From a virus (taxonomy: Duplodnaviria; Caudoviricetes): a DNA stretch of 64,000 nt. The notes beneath the pieces are model-generated. The model did not search any database, had not been told where the DNA came from, and worked only from the letters and a program-made list of their open reading frames with translations. The stretch lies in the IMG/VR virus record IMGVR_UViG_3300032292_000703, positions 2,964-66,963 of that record; one strand, written 5' to 3'. Positions 54,791-63,980 of the stretch are shown here, in pieces. Each line of letters opens with the position of its first letter. Position 1 is the stretch's first letter. A program made the translations under genes and the position numbers.

Positions 54791-55297
54791 ATGAATAGAC
54801 ACGTAGAAAAAGGATGTTTAATGGCAATGGTGGAACCAACTTATGGTCCTCACATTGTTCGTATTGGTAAGACTGCAATACCTCCAGAGATATTGTACAC
54901 TGATCCAAATGATCCAACATATGGTTATGATGAAGAACCGCATGTAACATTGAAATATGGATTTTTACCTGATTTACAACGTAGAGATGTTGCTACCGTA
55001 TTGAAGGGTGTAAAGCCATTTAATATCATTTTGAAAGCATTGAGTCAGTTTAACAATGAGAATTATGATGTGGTTAAGTTTGATGTTGATAAGAACAATC
55101 AACAATTGATGGAGTTGAGAAACAGATGTGATCGATTGCCAAACGAAGATAGTTATCCTGATTATCATCCTCATATGACACTTGCGTATGTTCAAAAGGG
55201 TAAGTTTCCACATACCAAAGATGGATTGAATATTGTTATTCCTATTACCCGATTCAAATATAGCGGTCCACAAGGAAAGTACTATATCAATTTATGA
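54791..55297 (+). CDS. 2H phosphoesterase (2'-5' RNA ligase/Acb1-gp57B-like)
   Basis: Two HxT motifs, PHVTLKYG and PHMTLAY, about 78 aa apart. Confidence 0.88.
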   Translation: MNRHVEKGCLMAMVEPTYGPHIVRIGKTAIPPEILYTDPNDPTYGYDEEPHVTLKYGFLPDLQRRDVATVLKGVKPFNIILKALSQFNNENYDVVKFDVDKNNQQLMELRNRCDRLPNEDSYPDYHPHMTLAYVQKGKFPHTKDGLNIVIPITRFKYSGPQGKYYINL

Positions 55298-56289
55298 TTA
55301 AGTTGAAAGATCTAATTCGTGAAATCACAGATGGTCAAGGATACATGACTGCTGAGAAATTTGGAAGTATTTGTTTGAACCAACTTAACCGAACGTTTCC
55401 AGAATATGAGGTGGATTTGTTTGATGTTGCTGATTTCATAAAAGATCAGGTCAAATATAAGATGCCAAAACGGGTATCAATACACAATAGTTCTTTACGT
55501 GCAAGATTTCATATTGAAACCAATGATAAACTGTATTTTGTCAACATCGTCAATGAGTTTGATAAAGTACCAGAAAGAGAATTATCGAATAAATTTACGA
55601 TGGCAGACGATGATTATTTGATGAGTATGCCATCTGTTAGTTTAGAACCTAAAGATTTAAATACTCCAAATGAGTTGATGCGGTTTCGTTGTAGTATGGT
55701 ATTGCAAGATCGTGAGGGAAATACTTTAAATACATTGATTCCAGATCATAAAACTTCTTCTGTGTATTTTACTGATTATAAGACTCTCAATGAGTTAATA
55801 TTGGATGTCAAGACTAAGATTGATGAAGATAAGTTTAACGACCTTGGAAAATTGGATGAAAATGAAGATGAATTTGATACGTCTTCATTGAATAGTGTTA
55901 AAGACATTACAGATATTGTTAAGGACGACATGGTTAAGGTTGCTCAAAAACAATATGACGATTGGAAACAAGATCAGAACGGTCAAGATACTGAATTGGG
56001 TAGTGGTGGTATATGTCACTTGATAGCTGACGATTTAATCGGTGTTTTGTATAGACATAAGATTGAGAATGTTCAAAGTGTGTGCAGCAATTATGAACAA
56101 CATGTTTATATTGTTGGTCAGTTTAAGGAAGGTGTGTATGAAATCGATATACCTTATAATGTTTATGAAACGGGTGGTGGATATTCATGGAAGAAAATAC
56201 CAGATGTTGAATTTAATAGAAACGACATAGTTATCAATAGATTAAGCAGTGATCCGAGTGAGTATAACAATTATGTCGAGACCATATAA
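55294..56289 (+). CDS. Two-module putative head protein
   Basis: MIKLKDLIREI leader; internal LDENE junction before a second domain (GGICHLIAD...HVY). Confidence 0.75.
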   Translation: MIKLKDLIREITDGQGYMTAEKFGSICLNQLNRTFPEYEVDLFDVADFIKDQVKYKMPKRVSIHNSSLRARFHIETNDKLYFVNIVNEFDKVPERELSNKFTMADDDYLMSMPSVSLEPKDLNTPNELMRFRCSMVLQDREGNTLNTLIPDHKTSSVYFTDYKTLNELILDVKTKIDEDKFNDLGKLDENEDEFDTSSLNSVKDITDIVKDDMVKVAQKQYDDWKQDQNGQDTELGSGGICHLIADDLIGVLYRHKIENVQSVCSNYEQHVYIVGQFKEGVYEIDIPYNVYETGGGYSWKKIPDVEFNRNDIVINRLSSDPSEYNNYVETI

Positions 56290-56536
56290 AGAGTCGGTTT
56301 TGGGTAACAATCAATACCTTCGTACATTTTCAGAAGACGTTGATGATCATGAATTAGAGTGGCATAAAGACCGAGAAGATCGTATAGTTGAGGTTATAGA
56401 GAACCACGGATGGGAGTTTCAGATGGACAACGAACTTCCAATACACCTTGAAAATACGTTATTTATACCAAAAGAAACATATCACAGAGTTATTAAAGGA
56501 ACTGGCAAACTTATTGTAAGAATAACAAAACTGTGA
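56273..56536 (+). CDS. Small cupin-like protein
   Basis: EWHKDREDR...GWEFQMDNELP...FIPKETYHRVIKG pattern; start at the ATG 56273. Confidence 0.65.
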   Translation: MSRPYKESVLGNNQYLRTFSEDVDDHELEWHKDREDRIVEVIENHGWEFQMDNELPIHLENTLFIPKETYHRVIKGTGKLIVRITKL

Positions 56537-56549
56537 ATATTTATAAGGT

Positions 56550-57419
56550 ATGATTCATGAAAGTTATCAGATTTTTGCACAATTGCTGTTGGAAGGAGTC
56601 GATTTTAACGACCCCTGTCTTATTTTCAGAATAAGTCCACCAAACGCAAAAATCGATCATTATAATTTTTCGTTGAGATCTGGATACACATGTCCTTTTG
56701 CTAAAAAGTGTTTGACTAAAGTTGAACGTGATCCAAAGACAAAAACATCTAAGTTGAAACGGTCACCTAGTTCTGAATTTCAATGTTTTTCTGCAAGTCA
56801 AGAGTTAATGTATCCAGATGTTTATTTGCAAAGAGAATATAATGAAAATTTAGCAAAAGCCCGTTTGAAAAGTGGTGGTCCGGTTGCTTTTGCAAAATCA
56901 ATGATTGCTGCAGTTTCTGAAAATTTACCACGTAGTGCTAAGTATTTTAGAATTCACATTGGTGGGGACTTTTTTAGTAAGACATATTTAGACGGGTGGA
57001 TTTTGGTTGCCAAAGCATTTCCAGATATTGTTTTTTATGCATACACCAAGAGTTATCCATATTTTAAAGATTTGTCATTGCCTGTCAACTTTTTGATTAC
57101 ACATTCTTTGGGAGGAAAACACGATGAAGAAATCAAACAAAAGGGTTTGAAATTTGCAGCAGTGGTAATGTCACCGGAAGAAGCTGACAGTTATGTATGG
57201 AAAGACAAAGCTGGTGGTGAACATACTGGGTTGGAAATCGATCATGATGATACTCATGCTTATAAAGATGATAAACCGTTTGCGTTATTGATTCACGGAA
57301 TGCAAGCAGCAGGATCACCAGCATCCAAAGCAGTTAGTGCGTTGAAGAAACGTGGAATTAAAGCTGGATATTCCAGAACCGACATGAAACGACTTCCTAC
57401 TGGGGAGTTACCTAAATAA
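56550..57419 (+). CDS. Phage Gp88-like protein
   Basis: GYTCPFAKKC...CFSASQE...RIHIGGDFFS..Y...W...FYAYTKS; TATTTATA at 56538-56545. Confidence 0.7.
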   Translation: MIHESYQIFAQLLLEGVDFNDPCLIFRISPPNAKIDHYNFSLRSGYTCPFAKKCLTKVERDPKTKTSKLKRSPSSEFQCFSASQELMYPDVYLQREYNENLAKARLKSGGPVAFAKSMIAAVSENLPRSAKYFRIHIGGDFFSKTYLDGWILVAKAFPDIVFYAYTKSYPYFKDLSLPVNFLITHSLGGKHDEEIKQKGLKFAAVVMSPEEADSYVWKDKAGGEHTGLEIDHDDTHAYKDDKPFALLIHGMQAAGSPASKAVSALKKRGIKAGYSRTDMKRLPTGELPK

Positions 57420-57430
57420 ATTTAAATCAA

Positions 57431-58621
57431 ATGAGTGCTAATTTAGACCAAGATAGAGTAAGATGGCCCGGCAGCGGTAGTTCTGTGCCGGGACGAACGC
57501 CATTTGGGTTTTACGACACTGATGCTCGTTTTGTGGCCGATTGCAGTAGCAGTGCGGTCTGGGCAGCGATCCGTTTGGGTTATCCCATCGAAGACATCGA
57601 AATGATCGATTTGAACTTTTATGCAGCATTTGAAGAAGCTGTAACAGAATATGGTTCACAAATCAATCAATTCAACATTCGTAACAATTTGTTGTCACTG
57701 CTTGGACAATCTACATCAACCGTAGTTAATGGACGTTCTATGACGGGCGATCCGTTGCCATATGTGATTAAGTTGTCAAAGGGATACGGTAGTGAAGTGG
57801 GCGTGGGTGGTAATGTTGATTGGAAGAAAGGTAGCATCGATGTTGTTACCGGTCAACAAACATATGACTTACAATCATTGTATGAACAAGCATCTGGATC
57901 TGGAAATCGTATCGAAGTGAAACGTATTTTCCATAATGGTCCTCCAGCATTTGCTCGTATATATGATCCATTTAGCATGACTGGTATGTCATACAGTAAC
58001 GTGTTGAATGAAATGGGTTTTGCTGGATATAGTCCTGCCGTTCAATTTTTGATGACACCGATCTTTGAAGATTTGCTTCGTGGTCAAGCAATTGAATTCA
58101 ATGATATGGTTCGTAAGAGCAGTTATAGTTTTGAAATTGTGAACAACAAACTGAAGTTGTTTCCTATTCCTACTAGCAACTACAAAGTATATTTTGAGTA
58201 TGCGTTGGAAAATGATAGAAATGCAAATCTATATTACACTGGTTCGTCTAATACACCATCTGGTAGCATACCCGATCAAATTTCTGACTTTAGTAATGTA
58301 CCATATGAAGATGTGGTATATAGAAAAATTAATTCTCCGGGTAGACAATGGATACGTAAGTATTACTTGGCATTGTGTAAAGAAATGTTGGGTGCTATTC
58401 GTCAAAAGTATAGTACCATTCCGATTCCGGGTGGTGAAGTTACTTTGGATGGTGCCGAACTACGTAGTGAAGCAAATACTGAAAAAGAAGCACTCATGAC
58501 ACAACTACGTGACATGTTGGAAGCGTCATTGCCTTCAAAGTTGATTGAAGAACAAGCAATGAAAGCTGAAAAGAGTACTGAGATTTTGAAAAAAGTTCCA
58601 CTCATGATTTATATTGGATGA
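57431..58621 (+). CDS. gp13: Neck/head-completion protein (T4 gp13-like)
   Basis: C-terminal WIRKYYLALCKEMLG.IR.KY..IPIPGGEVTLDG.EL.SEA..EKE.L matches the gp13 pattern. Confidence 0.85.
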   Translation: MSANLDQDRVRWPGSGSSVPGRTPFGFYDTDARFVADCSSSAVWAAIRLGYPIEDIEMIDLNFYAAFEEAVTEYGSQINQFNIRNNLLSLLGQSTSTVVNGRSMTGDPLPYVIKLSKGYGSEVGVGGNVDWKKGSIDVVTGQQTYDLQSLYEQASGSGNRIEVKRIFHNGPPAFARIYDPFSMTGMSYSNVLNEMGFAGYSPAVQFLMTPIFEDLLRGQAIEFNDMVRKSSYSFEIVNNKLKLFPIPTSNYKVYFEYALENDRNANLYYTGSSNTPSGSIPDQISDFSNVPYEDVVYRKINSPGRQWIRKYYLALCKEMLGAIRQKYSTIPIPGGEVTLDGAELRSEANTEKEALMTQLRDMLEASLPSKLIEEQAMKAEKSTEILKKVPLMIYIG

Positions 58622-58625
58622 TATT

Positions 58626-59102
58626 ATGGCATCACTAAGAGGAAGATATTTTAGCGCTCGTGACATCAATTTTATTAATTCCATTAATGCAGAATTGATG
58701 GGAGATATTATTGAAACGTTGGTGACTGTTTTTAAGATTGCCGCATCTGAGACTAAGGTCAACATGTATGGAGAAAGTGCTCCATCTGAGGGCAAGACTT
58801 TTTATCCCGGTATTGATATAAGTTGTTTGATTGACCGTGGAGATATTACTGGTGAAGATGAAGGATTTGGACCAGACCGTGATCAAACGGTTGTGTTCAA
58901 ATTCAGAGAAAAGATGTGTCAACAGGTGAACTTCTTTCCTCAAATTGGTGATATCGTTTTCTTTAATGATCGTTATCATGAAATTGATAACGTGGTTCAA
59001 GAACAATTCTTGGGTGGACAAGATACCAAGAGTCACAGTTTTATTTGCAATACTCACTATAGCAGATTGAGTAAACTAAACATTTTTGAGAGACAGGTAT
59101 AA
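58626..59102 (+). CDS. Neck/head-closure protein (T4 gp14-like)
   Basis: VNMYGES, PQIGDIVFFNDRYHEIDNV; lies between the gp13- and gp15-like genes. Confidence 0.7.
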   Translation: MASLRGRYFSARDINFINSINAELMGDIIETLVTVFKIAASETKVNMYGESAPSEGKTFYPGIDISCLIDRGDITGEDEGFGPDRDQTVVFKFREKMCQQVNFFPQIGDIVFFNDRYHEIDNVVQEQFLGGQDTKSHSFICNTHYSRLSKLNIFERQV

Positions 59103-59105
59103 CGT

Positions 59106-60260
59106 ATGGCATGGAAAGGAAATTCGGATAATCCAGCTCCAAACTACAGAAACAAAGACAACAATGTTGCTGAAGTTAAAGCTACCATCAATCGTGCAAC
59201 GCAAATTCGTAGAGATCAAGACTCGTTCAAGAACTTTACGATCACGTTGCTTGATATTGATAGCGCCATATTTGAATATATGGATAAAGTCATCAATTTG
59301 ACTGTGGAAGACAATGGTGAAAATGTAAAAGTACCATTGTTTTATGGCAGTCCAGAACGTTGGAAATCAATTCAAACTGATGGTGGAATACGTGATAATC
59401 AAGGTAAACTTCAATTGCCTGCTATCATGTTTAAGAGAAACACTGTTGCTAAGAATCCAAACTTAACAACTTTGAATCGTCATTTGAACATTCAGGTTGT
59501 GAAGAAGTTTGATGAAAAAAACAAGTATGACAGATTTTCTTTGTTGACTAGTGCTAGTGCTCCTGTTGCACAGATTTTGAATGTCACAATGCCTGACCAC
59601 GTAACATTGACATATGAGTTTATGATGTGGACTGAGTATGTGGAACAAATGAACACGTTGATTGAAAAGATCAACTTTGCAGCTGAAGAATATTGGGGCG
59701 ATCCAAAACGGTTCAAGTTCAGAGTTTACATAACCGATTATACCAACACCACCGAAGTGAATTCGGGCAAAGACAGAATGGTCAGAACAACGTTCAACAT
59801 GACTGTTCAAGCATATCTATTGCCTGATTCGTTTGAGAACAAGAAACTTACCACAACTAAAACTCTTACTCAACGTAGAATTGTGGTTACAAACGAAATT
59901 GTTTCTGCTAAACAAATGGCCGAAGTGGAGAAGGATATTAGAGCCAACTCTTACAAGAAACCAATTCCATATCACTATGTTAATCCGATGGTGGAAGATG
60001 GTACGATTCTCGAAACACCAACAATTAGTAGTTGGGATCAAGATTTGACTGCACAAGAAACAGAAGCAGTATTTCAGTCGTATGCTGGTCTTGCTCCGTC
60101 AGACAACACATCAACTGGAACCAGTAATATTTGGCATGCACCACCAACTTCACCCAATGATTATGGTCAAGAAGGTTGGATGGCATATGACGATAATTTC
60201 CATTACATTTATGTAAATGGTAGATGGTTACGTCAACCACTTGGCAATTTCGAAATTTGA
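59106..60260 (+). CDS. gp15: Tail terminator/sheath stabiliser (T4 gp15-like) with an extra C-terminal module
   Basis: VPLFYGSPERW, QLPAIMF, MPDHVTLTYEFMMWT..VEQMN.LIE. Confidence 0.75.
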   Translation: MAWKGNSDNPAPNYRNKDNNVAEVKATINRATQIRRDQDSFKNFTITLLDIDSAIFEYMDKVINLTVEDNGENVKVPLFYGSPERWKSIQTDGGIRDNQGKLQLPAIMFKRNTVAKNPNLTTLNRHLNIQVVKKFDEKNKYDRFSLLTSASAPVAQILNVTMPDHVTLTYEFMMWTEYVEQMNTLIEKINFAAEEYWGDPKRFKFRVYITDYTNTTEVNSGKDRMVRTTFNMTVQAYLLPDSFENKKLTTTKTLTQRRIVVTNEIVSAKQMAEVEKDIRANSYKKPIPYHYVNPMVEDGTILETPTISSWDQDLTAQETEAVFQSYAGLAPSDNTSTGTSNIWHAPPTSPNDYGQEGWMAYDDNFHYIYVNGRWLRQPLGNFEI

Positions 60261-60307
60261 TACAGTTTTATAAAATATCAGTCTATTTATACATAGATTC
60301 ATAGTAT

Positions 60308-61507
60308 ATGGCAACGATCAATTCATATTCAATCATTTTAAGTCAACGTGATGCGGCAAATACAACCTTTGAAGAAAAGTTGTTATCGGGTTCACGATTG
60401 ATTATCCAAACAGATGCAACCGGAAACGTAGTTGCATCAGGTTCAATTGATGCAGCACCAATTGGACAAAACATTGCAGCAGCTGGTAGTTTTACCACGT
60501 TGACTGCTAGTGGATTGTCTACGTTGCAAGCTCTTAGTGCGTCTGCTACTAATTTGAGCGGCAACTTGACACTTGCTGGTGCAAATCCAAATTTGACATC
60601 CACCAGTGGTGGTAATTTGACAGTTTCTACAACTGGAAATTCGTCAGTATTTGTTAACAATGTTCAATTTAGTGGTAGTGGTGTTGTTATTCCGGGCAAC
60701 TTGACGGTTCAAGGTGCGATGACCTATATCAGTTCGAGCGTTGTTGATATTGGTGACAATCGTATTCGTTTGAACGTATTGACTCCGGGTCAACGTTATG
60801 GTGGATTGGATGTGGTTGACAGTGGAAGTTTGAATCAAGCAACTGCTTCTTTGTTGTGGGATAGTCTGGGTGATTATTGGTTCTTGACTGATGCTAATAA
60901 TCCACTTGTATCCAACAAAGTGATGGGTGGTCCTACGGGATCATTGGGTTCTGAAAACAACTTGACCTATGGATATTTGCCACGTGCTCAAACTGGTGAT
61001 ACTCTTGAAAACTCGTTGTTGGTTGAAAATGGATATGTACTCAATTACAACAGTGGTCAATTTGTAGTAACCGCATCTAATGGTAATACAAGTATTGGTG
61101 GAACATTAAATGTTGTTGGATTGACTACATTGGGTCAAGTGTCCGGAAGTAGTATTTCGGCACAAACCGGTAGTTTTGCTAATTTGGTAATTGGTGCATC
61201 AACATTCACTAATATTACGGTAACCAATCTTTCCACATTGAATAATGTTAGTGCAAGTAACGTGGATGTTACTGGTACATTGAGTGTTGATGGATTGACA
61301 ACATTGGGCACTTTCAGTGGTAGCAATGCATACCTCAGTGGAATATTGAGTGCTTACAGTGCAAGTATTACGAATCTTCAAATTGGAGGTACTGCGCCAA
61401 GTACAACAAATGATAGTGGTATTGGTGGATCGATTAGATATGACAACGATTTTGCTTACATTTATACAAATGGTAAGTGGAAACGTACACCGTTGGCCAT
61501 TTTCTAA
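60308..61507 (+). CDS. Fibre-like (beta-rich, trimeric-type) virion protein
   Basis: Gly/Ser/Thr-rich beta repeats; C-terminal APSTTND.G..G.IRYD..FAYIY.NGKWKR; TATTTATA at 60284-60291. Confidence 0.75.
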   Translation: MATINSYSIILSQRDAANTTFEEKLLSGSRLIIQTDATGNVVASGSIDAAPIGQNIAAAGSFTTLTASGLSTLQALSASATNLSGNLTLAGANPNLTSTSGGNLTVSTTGNSSVFVNNVQFSGSGVVIPGNLTVQGAMTYISSSVVDIGDNRIRLNVLTPGQRYGGLDVVDSGSLNQATASLLWDSLGDYWFLTDANNPLVSNKVMGGPTGSLGSENNLTYGYLPRAQTGDTLENSLLVENGYVLNYNSGQFVVTASNGNTSIGGTLNVVGLTTLGQVSGSSISAQTGSFANLVIGASTFTNITVTNLSTLNNVSASNVDVTGTLSVDGLTTLGTFSGSNAYLSGILSAYSASITNLQIGGTAPSTTNDSGIGGSIRYDNDFAYIYTNGKWKRTPLAIF

Positions 61508-61533
61508 TTGAATGGGTAAATAATGTATAAAAG

Positions 61534-61562
61534 ACGCCCGAGATGTAAATCTTGGGCGTTTT
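61534..61562 (+). terminator. Intrinsic terminator
   Basis: ACGCCCGAGAT-GTAA-ATCTTGGGCGT plus Ts. Confidence 0.85.
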
Positions 61563-61606
61563 AGTTTATATCGGATGTAATTATATTAAGTTGATATTTA
61601 TTAGGT

Positions 61607-63979
61607 ATGCCAAGTCCATATGATCAATATGATCTGATACTGACTCAGAGAAATTCAAGCGATACGCATTTCAATGAAGTTAGAGTCGCTGACGTTCCCA
61701 ACACAGTTCTTAGCTTTGATGGAAGTTCTACGATTCGTACCTTATCGTATTCTCAAAATGATGATTCCGGCAGTCTAATTCAGAGAGATAGTTCAGGTGA
61801 TGCTGCAATTGGTAGCAGATTGTATTTTACAGACGCTTCTGCTAGTAATGGTACTACGGCATTGATTGGATTAAATGCGTCAACTGCCCGTGATTTTGCG
61901 ATCTACGACTATGCAGCTGGTGGTGGATATTTGTTGAACATTTATAGTGGATCAAAAGACGTTGAAATTTATGGTGGTTTAATTCAAAGCGGAAGTACTC
62001 GTATTGATTCTGATGGCAATGGTTATTTCAACAATATTAGTGCATCCAATATATCCGCATCACTTTTAACAATTGTTGGAACTCAAGTCATAGATGGTTA
62101 TTTGCAATTAAATCCTGTTGTCGCAAATATTCCAAACAATTTAACTAGTTCATACATGTATGTTAGTGGAAGTACCAACGATTTGTACTTCACGCAAAAC
62201 AGTGGAAATTATTTAAATACAGTTCGTCTTCGTTGGTTGGAAGGTACTTTATCCACAGGCTTGTTGCACGGAGGTGTGTTATCATCAACCCCCGGATCCA
62301 CAACATTTGGCGTTACAGAGGGTGAAGGATTGATTGTTACGATGAACGCTAGTACGGGTAGCGCACCCTATCCTACTACGAACAAAGTCAGTTGGCCAGG
62401 TCAAACTTTACCAATTTATTACAGTGGTAGTGCAAAAATTACATATGTCGGTGTTGATGCAGCTGGTACAATCGTCCAACAAACTGTTCCGTGGGGACAA
62501 AATGATATTAACGAATGGGATAGTAAAATCACGTTGGGTGTTGTTTTGCATTTGAGCGGCAGTGTTAGTAGCGGTGTATTTAACGCTCCTCAGATCAGTT
62601 ATGGTGGTCAACAAAAATCTGATGACTTTTTTAGAGCGTTTGGTCCTCTTAAAATCAGTGGACATGCATTGCAAGTTAGTGGAAGCAATCCTACATTAAG
62701 CATTAAAAAGTCTGAGGGTAGATCATATAGAGAAGGTGCAAACTATCTACTTAATCCAAATCATCCTAGTACGGTTGTAGAAGGAGCAGCAAATACCAGT
62801 AAAATCTATCGTTATCACCTAAGCGGGTCGGTTCCTATTATTGATACAGGCGTTGGTGGTGCTGGATATACTGCAATTGATAATACAAAATATTATAATA
62901 CTGCTACAGGATTATTGGCTACAGTTTCAGGTGGTAAATATTCGTTACAAAGAGTGTTTTGGGTTCCGAACAGTCCAACTCAGGCTTTTATTGTTTATTA
63001 CGGCAATAAAACGTATAACAGTTTGGCTGATGCGGCTGATGCACAATTTCACGAAGAGTTCACGGAAGCACCGAATACCGCATTAAATGCAATTTTTATT
63101 GGATATATTGCGGTACAAGGTGGTAGTGGTGTATCATTAACAGATCCTGCTGCAGCAACAATAATTCAGGGCGGTCTTTTTAGAAGTGTGGGTGGAACTG
63201 GTGCAAGCGGAACCACTCCTGTGTCCAATACATTGGCGGGATTGAGTGATGTTGCGTTGACAGGTTTGAGCACGGGTGATTTGTTGGTTTATGGAATTGG
63301 TACACAGTGGAACAATAGTAGAACGTTGACGGGCAATTATGGTATTAGTGGTAGTTTGAATGTGCAATCGGGTGTGTATGGCAATTTGATTGGTACTGCT
63401 ACGACTGCAAGTTATGTATCACCAAGTGGAAATGCGTTTGTACAGGGTGGCAATAGTTTTGCTACTACGGCTGTGATTGGTACCAATGACACTCACAGTT
63501 TACATTTGGAGACGAGTGGATCTACGAGAGTTGCTGTTACCCCTGATGGTAAGGTGGGTGTGAATACGATATCACCGTCTTACAATTTGGAAGTGAATGG
63601 AACGTTTGCTGCCAATACTAAGAGTTTCAAAATTGATCATCCTACCAAAGAGGGATACAAACTTATTTATGGTAGTTTGGAAAGTCCGTATCATGGTATA
63701 CGATTGACTGGAAAATCAACTGCTGTTAAAGGATATGCTAAGGTGGTATTGCCAGAGTATATTTATAAATTGGTTCGTCATAATGATATCAACATTCAGT
63801 TGACAAATATCAGACACAGTAGAGTTTTGTATGTAAACGAGGTAAATGTTAGTGAAAATTACTTTGTAGTTGCATATGACAAACAAATGTTTGACGGTGA
63901 CAAGACCTTTGAATTTTATTGGGACTTTACTGCTGAAAGACAAGATATTGATAAACTTGAATCAGAAGTAAAGGTCTAA
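61607..63979 (+). CDS. Tail fibre/spike protein with a C-terminal chaperone-like domain
   Basis: VGVNTISPSYNLEVNG repeat, then KSFKIDHP...LIYGSLESP..., typical of phage fibre C-termini; TATTTATT at 61595-61602. Confidence 0.75.
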   Translation: MPSPYDQYDLILTQRNSSDTHFNEVRVADVPNTVLSFDGSSTIRTLSYSQNDDSGSLIQRDSSGDAAIGSRLYFTDASASNGTTALIGLNASTARDFAIYDYAAGGGYLLNIYSGSKDVEIYGGLIQSGSTRIDSDGNGYFNNISASNISASLLTIVGTQVIDGYLQLNPVVANIPNNLTSSYMYVSGSTNDLYFTQNSGNYLNTVRLRWLEGTLSTGLLHGGVLSSTPGSTTFGVTEGEGLIVTMNASTGSAPYPTTNKVSWPGQTLPIYYSGSAKITYVGVDAAGTIVQQTVPWGQNDINEWDSKITLGVVLHLSGSVSSGVFNAPQISYGGQQKSDDFFRAFGPLKISGHALQVSGSNPTLSIKKSEGRSYREGANYLLNPNHPSTVVEGAANTSKIYRYHLSGSVPIIDTGVGGAGYTAIDNTKYYNTATGLLATVSGGKYSLQRVFWVPNSPTQAFIVYYGNKTYNSLADAADAQFHEEFTEAPNTALNAIFIGYIAVQGGSGVSLTDPAAATIIQGGLFRSVGGTGASGTTPVSNTLAGLSDVALTGLSTGDLLVYGIGTQWNNSRTLTGNYGISGSLNVQSGVYGNLIGTATTASYVSPSGNAFVQGGNSFATTAVIGTNDTHSLHLETSGSTRVAVTPDGKVGVNTISPSYNLEVNGTFAANTKSFKIDHPTKEGYKLIYGSLESPYHGIRLTGKSTAVKGYAKVVLPEYIYKLVRHNDINIQLTNIRHSRVLYVNEVNVSENYFVVAYDKQMFDGDKTFEFYWDFTAERQDIDKLESEVKV

Positions 63980-63980
63980 T

